Shown here one piece after another: positions 13,720 to 27,877 of a DNA stretch of 64,000 nt. The translations under genes were made by a program, and so were the position numbers. Within the stretch, counting starts at the first letter, position 1. Every line of letters starts with the position of its first letter. Under the pieces are notes generated by a model. That model was not told where the DNA came from, did not search any database, and worked only from the letters and a program-made list of their open reading frames with translations. Origin of the DNA: Eledone cirrhosa (Eukaryota); the NCBI GenBank assembly GCA_964016885.1, contig OZ024740.1, positions 169,632,001 through 169,696,000 on the forward strand, in the 5' to 3' direction.

Positions 13720-13915
13720 TCACACGTACAAGGAGGGAGGAAGAGAGACAGACAGAAAAAGAGATGGAAACACAACATCCCGGAATGGACAGACAAGAAG
13801 CTGGGTGCAGCCATGAGGAGGGCGGAGAGGCGAGAGGAATGGAAGGTGCTGGTTGTCAGGTCATCTGTGGTGATTCAAAGGCCCACCAGACTACGGGACA
13901 GTTGAGAGATGATGA
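13720..13915 (+). mobile_element. RTE-type LINE 3' end
   Basis: GGRKRDRQKKRWKHNIPEWT...AERREEWK...PTRLRD followed by a short gat tail. Confidence 0.7.
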
Positions 13916-14029
13916 GATCACATTTTCACACAATTTGTAGTGGTATTGTTTAGTTGTTGAAGAAAACAGATTAAGTTTCAGGAAATTTCCAATTTTGAGC
14001 ATATTTTGAAGCGTAAAATTCATATGTAC

Positions 14030-14203
14030 CTTCTTCGTCAGTTGACACAGTTATGACCGTGCTGGGTGACCCGATTCCAATTGCATTGATAGCCAAGGCG
14101 CGAATATGGTATTTATAGGACGGATGTAAACCTGCAATACTACCTGCCAATATAGCTTCCGTTGCTATTACAGTCACATTGGACGGAACGCGTTTCCAAA
14201 TAT
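14030..14203 (-). CDS. Dscam: Dscam exon, FNIII-1 C-half (DIWKR...LHPSYKYHIRALAINAIGIGSPS...TDEE)
   Basis: tttccag acceptor, G|GTACAT donor, LxPxxxY motif. Confidence 0.92.
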
Positions 14204-14444
14204 CTGGAAAGAAAGACAAAATCAATTGTAATCGATGTATGGTTCCCTCTCGCTCTCTCTCTCTCATAATGCAGGAAATATGACAATTCATTTGATCATA
14301 AGGAAAAAATGTATTTTGTATGGGTTATTTAATAGGTAAATGGATGCATATGTCTGTTGATGCGTTGAAGGTATTCCTTTTTACTAAGTGAAAGAATCTA
14401 TAGAAAAGTGTTATATATAATATAACATAACATAATATATACAT

Positions 14445-14561
<117 letters not shown>

Positions 14562-15379
14562 TTGTGTGTGTGCTCGCGCGTGTGTGTGTGCGTATGTGTG
14601 TGTGACTGTGTGTGAGCTTGTGTATTATGTATCTGTGTATGTGTGTGTGTGGAGGTGTTTGAAAAATGTGTGGAAGAGACAACAAATAGGAAAGATGACA
14701 GTCATCTTGTAGTTGGTTGGTGTTTACTTCAATAGACTCTCAAAAGTAAAAATAAACTATTAAGAGATGAAGATAAAATAAATCTCTATAAAATCAATAC
14801 ATTTTAAAAATGCAACACCATCAGTGAATGCATAAAATGTCCTTTTATAAGCCATATTATATTTTAATTTCCTCGTTCTATGAAGAGCACAAATTGGCTG
14901 AATGATTAAGGTCTCAGACATCTATGATTTATTCATGTTCTATAGCCGATATTGAACATGCAATGGTGTAAACCACACAGGTGAAACAATAACAGACTTT
15001 GATATAACACCTAGATCTAAGCAACGGTAGATGTGTAACATTGCGACGTTTTGAATTAGTTTGTTTTAAATCAACCTGTGGTAATGGAGAATCAATTGTC
15101 CGTATGTAGCATTCTGATTAATGACCAAGACTAGAGACCCTCCATTGCCACACTGTCGAGTAAATGCATTTTTATTGTGGTTCTAATTAAAGACACAAAT
15201 CTGACACTAACCACCGTTCGCAATCCTTCCTTTGAAGAACGTAAACCTTCTGAATTTTCATGTACGTCCTCATTTTCTCCTACAACCATTGTCTAGTAGT
15301 TTTTACTCGCCCCAGAAGGTCTACGGATGCAGTCATTTAGTTTCGACTAAAATCCTAAAACATTAAGCCCATTACTCAC

Positions 15380-15511
15380 CTGATTGATTCTTGAACTGCA
15401 GCACGTAGGAAGTAATGTAACTGTTACCATTGTAAGGTTCTTCCCAGGATACGTTTACTGAGCGACTGGACCGACTGTCAAGTCTCAAACTGAGTGGAGG
15501 CTCAGGAGGTT
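15380..15511 (-). CDS. Dscam: Dscam exon, FNIII-1 N-half (EPPEPPLSL...VSWEEPYNGNSYITSYVLQFKNQS)
   Basis: ttttcag acceptor, G|GTGAGT donor. Confidence 0.93.
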
Positions 15512-15552
15512 CTGAAAAAGAGAATAAACACAAATATGTAAACATAAGAATA

Positions 15553-15845
15553 TAATAATTGTTTCTACTTTTGGCAACTACCCAGTGCATTACTGGTACT
15601 TTATTTTATCGACCCCGTAAGGATGAAAGGCAAAGTTAACCTCAGCGGGATTTGAACTCAGAATGGAAAGGGCCGTAACTCTATGCGTCAAAGCATGACG
15701 TCCGACCCTCTAATAATTGTTTCGACTTTTGGCACAAGGCCAGCAATTACCCAGAGCATTACTGGTACTTTATTTTATCGACCCCGTAAGGATGAAAGGC
15801 AAAGTAAACCTCGGCGGGATTTGAACTCAAAATGGCAAGGGCCGT
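15553..15845 (-). mobile_element. Two tandem tRNA-derived SINE copies
   Basis: Near-consensus copies of the 3357 family starting ~40 bp upstream of the FN1 acceptor. Confidence 0.82.
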
Positions 15846-16088
15846 TGACAATATAATATAAATGGTTTTGAGTGCGTGTATATATATATGTGTGTGTGTA
15901 TGTGTGTGCGCGTGTGCGTGTGTGCGTGCGTGTGTGTGTGTGGAAGAGGACTAGAATGAATCGACCTCAGTATTTGACTGATACTTTATTTTATCAACCA
16001 TGGAAGGACAAAAAGCAAAACTGAACTCAGTACAACAAGATATTTTACCAATGCTATGCGTAAATACATACGTACATACATACATAAA

Positions 16089-16693
16089 TGGTGGCTGCCA
16101 ACTCGTTTCCGAGTACGGCCACTACTTCATATCCATGTAGGAGAACCCCTACTGATGCGCTGAACGAGTGTGACTTTTTAGTCCAGCCAGCGACTTGAAA
16201 ACTCCGGTACAAACACTGCACTTGTAACAATTATTGACACATAGTGCCAGGCCCATCGTACCATGTGACGACAAGTGCAGAGAGATCTCCAGATATAAAG
16301 CAATGCCTGTGCCGTGAAGCTTTTATAGTGAGCAAAGGCACTGCCCAAAGCCAGTCCCACTCTCTTAACCAAGATGATATTTACCAAAAAGAAGAAAAAG
16401 TCAACATCATTGGATACCATCAGGGTTGCAGGTGTTATATCAGAGTTTTCCTTCTCCTAGAATTCTGCCTTGACAAAGGCTAAGGGGTCATCTCTCCCGG
16501 TGATTTTGGATGGCCATTGACTCTTAAGAGCTCCTTTGCCCTTTGACAGGTTTTGTTTTTAGTCCTGCAGGATGTCCAAAGTCACCCTCCTCACCAAGGA
16601 ACCTTGGTGGGGTTGCCAGTTTAGTCGCCAATGACCATGAGACAGGTTGTACTGGGATACATGTTACCAGTAGCACCAACTGGTGACCTGACA
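16089..16693 (-). mobile_element. ~600-bp non-coding interspersed element, copy 1 (RTE 5'UTR-like)
   Basis: Very similar to 37003-37559 and 41830-42426; contains ctaaactggcaacccc and ctaggagaaggaaaactctga, which resemble RTE 5' regions. Confidence 0.75.
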
Positions 16694-17135
16694 TGAACAT
16701 ACATAAATACATACATACATACATAGACACATACATACATGCATACATAAATGCATACATAGATATATACGTACATACATATATATGTATTTTGCACGGA
16801 TAAAAGCATATAGACTTGAAGTCAACCTGTAGATGGGAAAATATATCCATATTATTTAAAGCATTCACTCTACAAACTCATTGTTCTAATTCGCATTAAT
16901 TAAGTATATTAATTGTTGTTTAAAAAAATTCACCCACAAAAGTAAATAAATAAAAGTATGAAAACTAATCTTCTGTTCCCTAAAGCTCTTAAATCTGTCT
17001 TAGCCTGTTCCTTCTATATATATTTGTTCTAATCTTATAAATATCAGTCTTCAACAGTCTTAGTCCTGAAACAGAAGTTGGATTGGCAGAACACGGTAAT
17101 ATGCTTGATTTTAATAAATGTAACATTGCACTCAC

Positions 17136-17272
17136 CAACGACAATAAGGCGACGTGTTGTTTCTCCATAACCGTATTTATTTTCGGCATTACAAACATAG
17201 ATACCACTGTCTTCTCGTACCGCACTAGTCACGTGCAGACGCGAAATGGTGCCAATATTCTCCACTTTTAGT
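17136..17272 (-). CDS. Dscam: Dscam exon, Ig9 C-half (LKVENIGTISRLHVTSAVREDSGIYVCNAENKYGYGETTRRLIVV)
   Basis: tactttag acceptor, G|GTGAGT donor, phase 2 to 1. Confidence 0.93.
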
Positions 17273-18642
17273 CTAAAGTAACAAGAGACAAAATAGAAAA
17301 GAAATAGCAAAGGATAATAAGAAAGAACAAATAAATTACTTAAACAAAATGAAATTCACATACAACTCATTCTGTAAACGAATGCAGAATTAATTAATAT
17401 TTCATAATTAGATATTATTCAGCAGGGAACAGTAGAAATACATCACTGACGTATCATCAACGCAATCCGGTCTCGAATTTCAAAGTTATTTTTTTGTGTT
17501 TAGCAGATAAAAAAATTGATATTGTGTTCATCTCTTTTCCTGGGTTAACTACTCTATAAATGTACCCAGAAAATGTGCAATTTAGTTAAAATATTGTGTG
17601 ATCTAGGAGGCTTTCAACCGTTTGTATTCTGTTTAGGACCATACTGGTAGGGATTTAGGAGCCCCTAGTGACAATAAATATGTATAAAAGACAAGCTATC
17701 AATAATGATTTTGAAATTGCCCTACCTGGAAGAAATAGGTTTCATATCTCCCTTAAATCACACTTCCGTCTTTCAAGAGGAAAGATACAATAGCTAATCT
17801 AGTCAATGTCTATTTTTATAAGCTTTCAAAGTAGGAAGTGTAGGTTTATATATCCCTCGAGAGTTATAGATACACTATGTCTATTTTTATAGGTTTGTGA
17901 AAAGAAGGATGCCAGCGATTGTTAACTATTTTTTTCTTGTGGGAGAAACTGAGGAATATCTTGATAACCTAAGACCGGTGTCCTGGTTCAAATGAAAAAA
18001 AGATAAATGCAAATTCGATGGGAGCGCACTTTGAAGTAAAGTCAAACAGTGGAAAGTACTTTTTTAAGTGATCTATCGATTCGGCTGCTTACCGTCCTAT
18101 ATTTGAGAAATTATCTTCTTTTGGCAAAAAAAGAGATAAATCTAACAAGTTTAATGCTGGGTGAACTGAAATATAACTCATTGTATCTTTCCTTTTATAA
18201 TATTTAATTCAACAAGGGAACTATTGAGTTCTAATGTAATACCTGAGACTTTCAGCTTTATGACGAGGCACGAGAGCTTATATGTGATCTCTGCTCTGCC
18301 TGCTAAAACTAGCAAACAAATCTCTCTACAAATCGTGATAGTCATGAGCCTTTGATGATAGTTATCAATCAGGGTTGAACTTGGTTTAGGCGACATATAT
18401 CATGATTGAGTGATATAACGAAAGAAGAAAAAGCACATAGCTGACAGTATGTTTGCATCTAGACTCCCGTGTGACTTGAAAGAGAGTTATGTTCTCATTA
18501 TTTAGCAGTAAATAGGGCTGATCTCCCACTGATGGATATCTGTAATCATAAAAATGTCAAGTAATTGATTCAAAAGCTAGATACAAATGCATTAATAAAG
18601 AATGCGCTGTATTTAGTACGAGATATTAGGTAACATACTAAC

Positions 18643-18793
18643 CTTGAGTTGGTTTGACTGTTTATAGTGTCTGACCCAAAACGCCATGTCACAAAAATTG
18701 GTTCGTCTCCGCTCGCTCCACATTCCATAGTGCTATTTTCTGATTTCCTAACAGTATAATTTTTCTGACTATCGTCTTCATACGTTGCAGGAA
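18643..18793 (-). CDS. Dscam: Dscam exon, Ig9 N-half (IPATYEDDSQKNYTVRKSENSTMECGASGDEPIFVTWRFGS...)
   Basis: tgatcag acceptor, AG|GTTAGT donor, phase 1 to 2, CxAxGxxPIxxxW motif. Confidence 0.92.
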
Positions 18794-19377
18794 CTGATCA
18801 ATAAAACGGATTGATTTGGAAAGAGGAATTGCTTAGACTAGTATTTAGAATAATAATTAATAGTTATTTCTTAATAATAGTTTCATAATAATGGTAATTA
18901 GCATTGAAGTATTGAACATTTCTGTAAAAGAAACATATAGAGAAGTTTGCAATAATTTTACTCGTTGCATACAGATTATTGAATAACTGTAAGCTAAGGA
19001 AACAGTCGTAAATTATTCAGTGCTCCAACTGACTACTTTATTATTTATGGTGGCCTGCAATTATAACTGGTATATATTTACAAGGTGGACCTAGACTAGC
19101 AAAAGTTGTCTTCAACCTAGACGTTAGTACATTTTCCAACTGCATACTAATCTGCTGAAAAATATTAGCAACGTAAATGAAAACACTTCGTTGGAAACAA
19201 GGTTGTGCAAAATATTTGTTATATAAAGATGTTTTACATTAGCAAAAAGCCGCAACATTTTATCAATTCCGCAAAGATAAAAAGTAAAATCAATATAAGC
19301 GGGATTTGAATTCAGGACAGAAAAGGACATAATAAATTTCCTAACTCTTCAATTTTATTAATAGAAACATTTAGAGT

Positions 19378-19935
19378 AGCTGGTTGGCAGAATCATTAAA
19401 GCGTCAGATAAAATACATTGCAGCATTTAGTTACGGCCCTTTACTTTCTGAATGTAAATCCCACCGATGACAGCTTCGTTATTGATTCATCTGGGGTCGA
19501 TAAAAATGAAGTACTCGTCAAGTACTGTTTCAGCCCCTTTAAATCGTTGGCTTGGTGCCTTAATTTGAAATTATCAATAAAAAAAGAATACAATATATTA
19601 CATTTAAATAGTTGCTCTTTTATCTCTCTATAACCTAGAGGGACTAAATATTCCAATTCTTTTAATTCCCCGGGCTACAGAATATTTAATTGTTTAGTAT
19701 GTTTTCATAATAATAATTGTTTCTAATTTAAACTCAAGGCCAGCGATTTGAGGAAAAGGGAAAAATCGATCTAATTGACCTCTGTAATTTATTCGTACTA
19801 CATTTTATCAACTCCAGAAGGATGAAAGACAAAGTTGACCTCCGCAGATTTTGAAGTCAAAACGTAAAGCGCCAGAACAAATACCTTCAAACATTTCCCC
19901 CGATGCTCTAACGATTCTACCCATTCACCGCTTTT
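19378..19935. mobile_element. Two diverged tRNA-SINE copies in opposite orientation (+ ~19378-19580, - ~19712-19935)
   Basis: ggggtcgataaaaatgaagtac on plus; gaaggatgaaagacaaagttgacc indicates the minus copy. Confidence 0.65.
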
Positions 19936-20595
19936 TTATTAATAATAATTTTTAACGGAAATAAGAGTGCACATTTCAGGAAGAGCTTAATCAATTATAT
20001 CGGCCTGTGTTCTTGACTAGTACTTATTTTATAGATCCCGAAATAAATCAAAGGAGGCTACCCCAGCAAGATTCGAACTAAGAAAAGTAAAAATATTTAA
20101 CTAAATATTCTAAGGACTTTAGTTCCCGGTTTGCTACTAATCTTTTCTTAATGACAGACACCAAAGAGTATTACCAGCATCAATTTATATAAGATATTGT
20201 ATTATGCAATACATCTATACTTATTTTAATTTACTGAGTTTGGCGTGCGACATACATTAGATGTGCTATGGTGTATCAAGCTCAAGGGTTGGATTCAATT
20301 ACAAATCGGAACCCTTTCGTTTCATTTATGTCGGTCAACAGGTTATGATAAACATAAAACTGTCAAAATCCCATTTCCAACTTTCCTAAAACATATTAGC
20401 TTATATTCAGTCGAGATTCTAATCGACATTCATGGCTTATTAAATCTCGTTGAAAGCTTTGATTCCGTTGGGAAAGGCATAATCGTTAACATTAAATATT
20501 CCCTGCTTTCTCTTTCAAATTTCAATTTCAAGTATTACATTGATTTAGTTGAGTGAGTCAAAAAAATTGAAGATAAGCAATGTTTCTCTACTTAC

Positions 20596-20802
20596 TGTGC
20601 ACTGTCAATTGAGCAACTCTACTTAAAGGATAACCGATGCCATTGCTAGCACGACACAGATAGTAGCCGTGGTCGGTTTCCTTGGCTGAAGTAATCAACA
20701 ATGTTCCGTTTTCCAATAGTTGCATCCGTTGGACATTCGTTTGTGAAGACCTAGGTGTAGTTTTAGTATAGTTCATATCAACATAGTTTCCCAGAATGTT
20801 TC
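20596..20802 (-). CDS. Dscam: Dscam exon, Ig8 C-half (GNILGNYVDM...LENGTLLITSAKETDHGYYLCRASNGIGYPLSRVAQLTVH)
   Basis: tctttcag acceptor, A|GTAAGT donor, DxGxYxC motif. Confidence 0.93.
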
Positions 20803-21789
20803 CTGAAAGAACATAATTACTTATATAAAACTTGATAGATAATGGCAGATGTCAGGTATTATGGTCTGGGGTTGTTTGTGCATTGAATTTACCATAATAA
20901 ATGACTTACAATTTTACTCAAGCTTGACGTGATAGATAGTGAAGACAATGTTAAGCATAATTGATCGTAGAAATTTGTAGTTATATATAGTTATAATATA
21001 AGATTAAACGTTCTATAGAAGGGTATATCTGTGGGGCTCCAAGGTTGTCGATGTGCCTACTTTGGGAGTCGATTGCAACCTTGAGTTAAACCTTTGTATT
21101 AAAAACGAAAATACATAAATTCTATAATATAATATATGCGGATTTCTGTGCGCCAACCAGTATGTCTTTCTGGCTTAAGTAAATATAAGTATTAAAGTGA
21201 TTAACACTTATATTCATGTCCAATATGCTATTTCATGTTCATATCGTTTTCATGTCACGAAAGAAAATTTGCATCTTAATTATAAGCGACTCGCTGTTCT
21301 CGCTCCATGAGTTGAGGCTGTGGAGTAGCCGGAAGTCGATGGAAAAAACGTTTTCGATACGATTTTGAATCTCATCAAATGTGCTGCGCTGAGCTCTTTC
21401 AATCTTCCATGTTTGCTTTATTGAGATGGTATGGGATTATGTGGGCATAATTGTAAAGAGAATCAACGCTATTGTAGTAAATTATATAAACCGCACAACA
21501 AAATATCTCGGTGCGATTCCCTATCATTTGCAAGAGAAATGTACTTTTCCCTTTTCAATCAAACGTATATCTTGATAGATACCACATGAACCAAACACTG
21601 AAGAAAAGAACAAAAAATCCAATCATAATAAATAATCCATTGTTTTTTTTTTATTTTATCATGGCTGAACAGCAAACAGTTATTTGAACACGTCAGATCG
21701 ACAAGCTAATAAAACAGTTCCTACTTTCTCTTCGACCTATGTATGTAGTCATAGTTTGTGTTATTAATAGATTAAATCCAGTGATCTCA

Positions 21790-22140
21790 GCATAACTGAA
21801 TAGTTAAGATGTTTTTCTCGCAATAATAAAGTCTCCCGTTCGATCCCACTACCTGGAATCATTGACAAGTGTCACTTACCATATATTTGGGTGGACCCAA
21901 ACATGAGTGAAAATATATAAACGGAAATATTTTGAAAGTTTGTCGGATGGATTATAATTGTAATTCAGATAGTCAGCTTTGTCACATGATGTGTTATATC
22001 GAATCTCCTTGAGAATTTCGCTAAGGATACACATGTCTGTGGAATGCTCAACGAAGTGCACGTTAGTTTCATGAGCTGATTGTTCAATAGATCGAACAAC
22101 TGGGACAGTTATTGTCGAAACCGACAGAATTACATTTCAC
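21790..22140 (+). mobile_element. Degenerate tRNA-derived SINE of a second family (similar remnant on minus ~49195-49730)
   Basis: gttcgatccc B-box, CORE-like ttgacaagtgtcactt, tail ttgttcaatagatcgaacaactggga...gaaaccgacaga. Confidence 0.5.
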
Positions 22141-24467
22141 AGTAAAACCACAAACTATCAAACAAATGTTTATGCATATCTTTCTGTTCAAATATCATTT
22201 AATATTGTAATGAGCTTCACAAATGTATTTGCAAGTTTTTGTTTATTCATCAAATTCTAGTACTGATATGTACTTAAACGTTTCAAGGGAGGCAACTCGC
22301 CAAATATCCTATTTTAGCTGACTATCAGCAAATAATAAGTTAATGTAAATAAGAATATTTACAAACAAATAAACAACAACAGGGTGTTTATGATAATGAT
22401 GGCGATTCTTTTCATTTATTAACCATAACGACTCGCACATAAAATATGATTAACTTTATCAACTTAGAAGTTACAAAGTATGTGCGGCTGGACAAACATA
22501 TTACATAAAAATAAGCGCAGGGATGCTATACAAAAGATGGATTGGATTAAGATTTCCTAAACCATGAGAGAAATATAAAAACATTATGAAACATCTAATA
22601 ATTAGAACAAGATATGATATTAAAAATATTGATACAATTTAGAAATAAAGGCCAGAATCCACTAGCTGTGACGAGTTAGAATTCACAAGATTTCTACTCG
22701 CCCAAAACATATATTTTAGCGGATTACTGAAATGGCATGTGAGCATTAATCAGAACAATATATTGTATTTCTACATATATATCTAAATTATTACAAGCAC
22801 TCTTGAAACAGGGAAATCTTTTAACGAGATAAGTCAATTCTTTGTTTTATCAATTAGACACTACATAACTAACGTGTTAAATGTTTATGATGCATTCTAA
22901 ATATTGACAAACGATTTTCCTTCAAATCATTTGGTCTTACACTATGTATGGGATTGTGAAAGCACATTTAAGGCATAAATACGTTTTGTAAGGTTATCCT
23001 CAGATTGGAGATCTCATCCGAATCCTTGCAAAAGAATGAACATCTCACGAGATATGAAAAGGGCAGTTGTAGCATTAAAGCGGCCTGGATAGTTGTAAAG
23101 ATATTTAGAAAAGGACATGAGGGTGCACTGAAAAGACGGATAGATAACAGTTTTAGGCGACTCCCTTGATAATGGAGTGTGTATGCGGTCTATTAATGAG
23201 GGGAATATACCTAAAAATATGACCTACAACTATATTCTTTTCGCTTTGTTAGTTTACATTCATACATCCTTGATATATTCTCCAATCTTCCATGCTTAAT
23301 ATTACCGTAAACATTTAAAGTATTTTCGTCTGTCCTAGGAAGAGCTTTCTGTCAAATACCAATACACTCGTTTCTTTACGATAATTGAAAACATTCAAAT
23401 TTATTCAAATCATATTTGCAGATACAGACTTCTACTAGGTACCTAGCATACTAGTTTGCCCACGACTACGAATGAGAGATCAAACGTTCAAAGGGGGAAA
23501 TATTTTAGATGGAAAAGAAGGGGTACATATAAAACTAAGCATATGAAATGAAGCAATTAAAGGCAGAGGAAATGTTTGTGTTGTCGAAGTAAGAACACAA
23601 AAAGAGAAAAAGTCGAAAGGGGTGAATAAATGCAGAGGAATTTGGTAAAAAATAGAAGTCTGCAGGTTGCTGGAATATATAAAATCAGCAAAGAATTTTC
23701 TTTTGTTATTTAATTATATAGCTCATGATCATAGCTTGGGTTTTTATTTGTACTACATTATTCCTATTCTTTTCTGCACATTTACATTTAAAAGGGGTTG
23801 CCACATGAATGTATTTTACTATAAACTTGATCTGTTGGTTGAAATAACAATGCAGTGCTTACTTCCGTTTTAATTTCCCAGCAACTTTCACTTAGCTAAC
23901 AAAATTAGAAATATATTTATATCTGCCGGTTTTACACAGCTAATTGCTTCTCTGACTTAAATCATTTTTTTTAGTCCCCATGGATACCATCCATAACAAT
24001 CATGCTGGTTACCTTCAAAGCAACCGCAGCATTTCCTTTTAGTCTCATTCAAAACGAAACACTCAAATTATCTCGCAAAATTCAATACTCTACTTTCCAC
24101 TAAATATGTCTCACCTCTTCTGAAGCGTTAAAGCCATATTACTGAGAAGGTAATTTGTGCCAGTCATTTAACATGTATGCGGTTTATTTATTTGTGTATT
24201 ATATTTATTATTTCTATTGTTTATTTTATTGATAAGATTTATTTTTCATCTACGCTCAGTTAGTTTAAGGACTGCAAATGGCTAATGTCCTTCCATAGTG
24301 GAATATATGAACCAGTGATTAGGGGATATAAAGGGATGGCAAAGGATTGGACTATTCTAGAAGCACCGATTCAAAGACAACTTGCTAAATTAATTGTTTT
24401 TTTATTGTTGTTGTAGTAAAATAGGAGGCATACGTAATTCCCGTATCAACTTCTCTTTCTCACAATC

Positions 24468-24557
<90 letters not shown>

Positions 24558-26059
24558 TGGGGTGTGTTTGAGTGTAAAGAGAGGGTGAGAGACAGTGAGA
24601 AAGAGTCTGTGATGTCTTCTGTACGCGTTTGCGCTTTACCCGTATAGTTCATTGTGATGCCATCTGGTTGAGTGAATGTAGCTGTACATAGCACAAAGAA
24701 AGGAAATTGCGAATAGCTTGTTAGGGTGTAGGTAGATCAGCCATTTATTTTAGGTTGTAGCATACAATTGCAGAGTTGACGTTATCTAGACAGGAATACC
24801 TGGGCCGAGAATTACGTATATTGAAACGGTTGCAACTTTTAGGTGCAATCGGGAGGTGGTATTTGATTTGAGGTAAGCATTCATAACGAAATTAGTGGTA
24901 ACCTTTAAGCTATTGGGTGTATTAAACTATTTTTCTTTCCACTGCCACCAAGTGCCTTGTTATAGATGAGTGAGGCTCTATCTCATATTTGTCTATCAGA
25001 GGATAGATAAGAGGCTCGCCTGTTTATGCCTGCTACCATGTTACTAATACTCATTTTTTTTTTTTTTTTCTTCTTCAAAATGATGGAGGCGTTTTATCTC
25101 CTCATGAAACTGACATTACTTAATGATGTTCGTCATCTATGGCTTATTCATATGTATTATTTCATAACTCTATTGAACTATTAGAATGTTTGTGCAGTGT
25201 TCTGTGTCCAGCCAGGTTTGTACAACAGGTAAGAATTATGATGATTCGGTGACGGTTTCTTCTGATAGGAGCCTCTTCCACGTCGGAAGATCGAAGTGTG
25301 TTTTCTTGTCTTCTTCAATACTTTCATAAACGGCTTCGGAGATTTAAAACTTATGTTTCAATTGGTGCTTCCATTTCCACACGGTTCTATTGTCATATTT
25401 ACAAAAATATATATTTCTATATATCTTTATTTATTTCTCTTCTTTTGGTATAATATAGCGAGTTGTCACCAGTGATGTTTGAAGTTCCTTGGAGTTGGTC
25501 AGAGTATCGCTTAAAGCTTTCTTTGTAGGGCCCATCCTTTAATTTATCTTTTTCAAAACAATTAGATTTGACAGCGTTTAAATTAAACATTTTGAGAGAG
25601 TTTAGAGATACAACAACATAATTATTTTGGTGTTGTTGTTGTTGTTGTTAGCTGTTTGACCGAGTCACTAACCAGTCTATTTATATCTTTTGATACCTTG
25701 CTCGCTTCCCTTCATGCATAGCGGCATCACCACCCCTCTCTCAAGCAGTGAGGGAACAGTGGCGGCAGCGACGATGCAGCGGCGGCGGTGGTGATGGGAC
25801 AGCAGTGCCATAGAGATGGTGCTGGTCTGTATTTGGCTAGATTTTTTGTGGTAGTGGTGATGGTGATGGTGCTGATGGTGAAGTTATTTGGCTGTTATTT
25901 TCTAGCCATTTTTTTTCTGACTATAAGATTTCTGGTACAAAATTAAATATTAAATTAAATATTACATATGCCCTATGCCGCAATGTGATGCGTTGCCACT
26001 TCCTGAGAGTTAAGACTGATATCTTACGTTTCATTTGTAATAAGAATTATTCTATCACA

Positions 26060-26560
26060 ATTGTTTTAAATATGTAAAAAATCAAAAACTTACGGGAGCG
26101 ATTCCATAATACCCTATCCACCTCGCCGGGATATGGTTGCAGTTCTTATGGATATAAACTATTCCCTCCTTCAAGTTTGTGCCAAGGTTTCTAGTGTTTG
26201 ATTTAGCCTCTCCCAGTAACTTATCCGTTGTACTGAGGCGATAGTATTAGCAGGATAGCAGTGTTGTTTTGTTTCGAGTATCTCAGTTCTTTTAAAATTA
26301 TGTGGTGACCATATCTGAGAACAATCGTCTAGGCGGCTGAGAAGAAAATGTCCTTTCCAGAAGCAATATATTTTTTTTATTTTCTCAAAAATCCACCCTG
26401 TTAGTTTTCGCCATCTTAGTAACGTACGCGTGACAAAATGTTCCTTTACTGTTGTGATTCTAGGATTGCAATCCAGCCTAGCTCTGTGTATCCTGATTGC
26501 AATGTGATTGTGGGCCGGTAACCAAGTATTTAACAATAAATTGTATGCTGTTTTTTTGGT
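26060..26560 (-). mobile_element. CR1/L2-like LINE RT C-terminal remnant
   Basis: SRLDDCSQIWSPH...ILE...SYWERL matches the CR1-group LDYCxxVWSP...YxERL pattern. Confidence 0.6.
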
Positions 26561-27877
26561 TCACCTTTATTTTATATTTAGGCTCGGCTATGGGTTTGTG
26601 ATATCACTGGGCTTTAATACATGTAATACAAGTTATCATTAGCATTACAAATGAGAGTGTACACTTGTATAACTTGCAGTATATATGACTGAGTTACTGC
26701 AAATAGAAATGTCACCAAGATGCCATTACTAACGCCAGCCACATTTACTGCGTATACAGGGCGCTTTTACCGTAGCACCAAAACGACCATTTTACACTGT
26801 GGGCTGGGTGCTTTTTGTCGTGACACCACAAGACCACTTTACAATGTGCACTTAGGGCTGGAATGGCGGCGGTGCGTGTATGTAGGGTGGGGTTCGGAGA
26901 GGTAGGTCTAGGTTGGGGCACTTAGCTGATGAAGGTTGGAGTGTCAGGACGGCGGAGGTGTATGGAAGGGGTAATTAGATTTGGTACGTTTTTGTATATT
27001 TTGGTACTGTTTAAACAGAGTGTTTGGTACTATTTAGAAAAAGGTTTCGGCAGCCCTGGTCTGAAGTCAGGAGGGTAATTTCCTGATATAATGACCGTAT
27101 TATGTAACATATTCTTTTATAAATTTATAGAAAGTTTTAAGGCTTCATTTCATATTTCATACAACATTGGATTCTCTTTTTGGTTTCACGGTTTTTTAAG
27201 TCTATTCTCAATTTCTAGCACATATATATGTATATGTGCGTGTATTAGGGAGACCGGGTGGTAAGTTTGTAAGTGTATAAAATTAAATTATGTTAATAAA
27301 ACAAACAAAAATAAATAGGTTACACACACACACAAAAAGCATAAACATAAGTGAAAAACCTATTAAAAAGATATAAATGAAAATAGAAAATATAATAAAA
27401 AAGATAAGCAAACTACTTAAAGAAAAGCTTCTATCACACATACACAGGCGTTTAGTATAAGTCGATAAATGCATTTCATGCGACTGAAAAAATGCTGGTA
27501 AAATGAATGTTGGAAATGTTGATAGAGGTAAAACCAAAGTTATCTGTAAAATTATCTTTTAGGATGTATTCCACACAGCAAGGACTCGTTTTAATTTTCC
27601 TTTTTTTTTTAATTTTATTTTATTTTATTTTTTACAGTTTTCATACTTCTGTCCGTCTGTACTATGTCTGTCTTTCACTACTCCCTCTCTCTAACACCCC
27701 CAACACGTTTTGATTCACTATACTTTTATACACATTCGTTTACCTCTTATATCACAACACTTCAGTGAAACTTTATTTGATATGCATTATTTATCTTATT
27801 TGGAAACGAGATTGCAGTATTTCTAATCAATTCGACCTTCAAGAAAACGTGGAATTAATATATATATGTATGTATGT

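Noticed and set aside
16244-16483. 79-aa ORF repeated at 37158 and 42032
   Set aside because: Its recurrence reflects the three copies of the 600-bp repeat; no recognisable domain
25720-25885. GC-richer ggc/ggt/gat tract as a possible exon
   Set aside because: Low-complexity trinucleotide decay, no Ig/FN similarity, not needed for frame continuity
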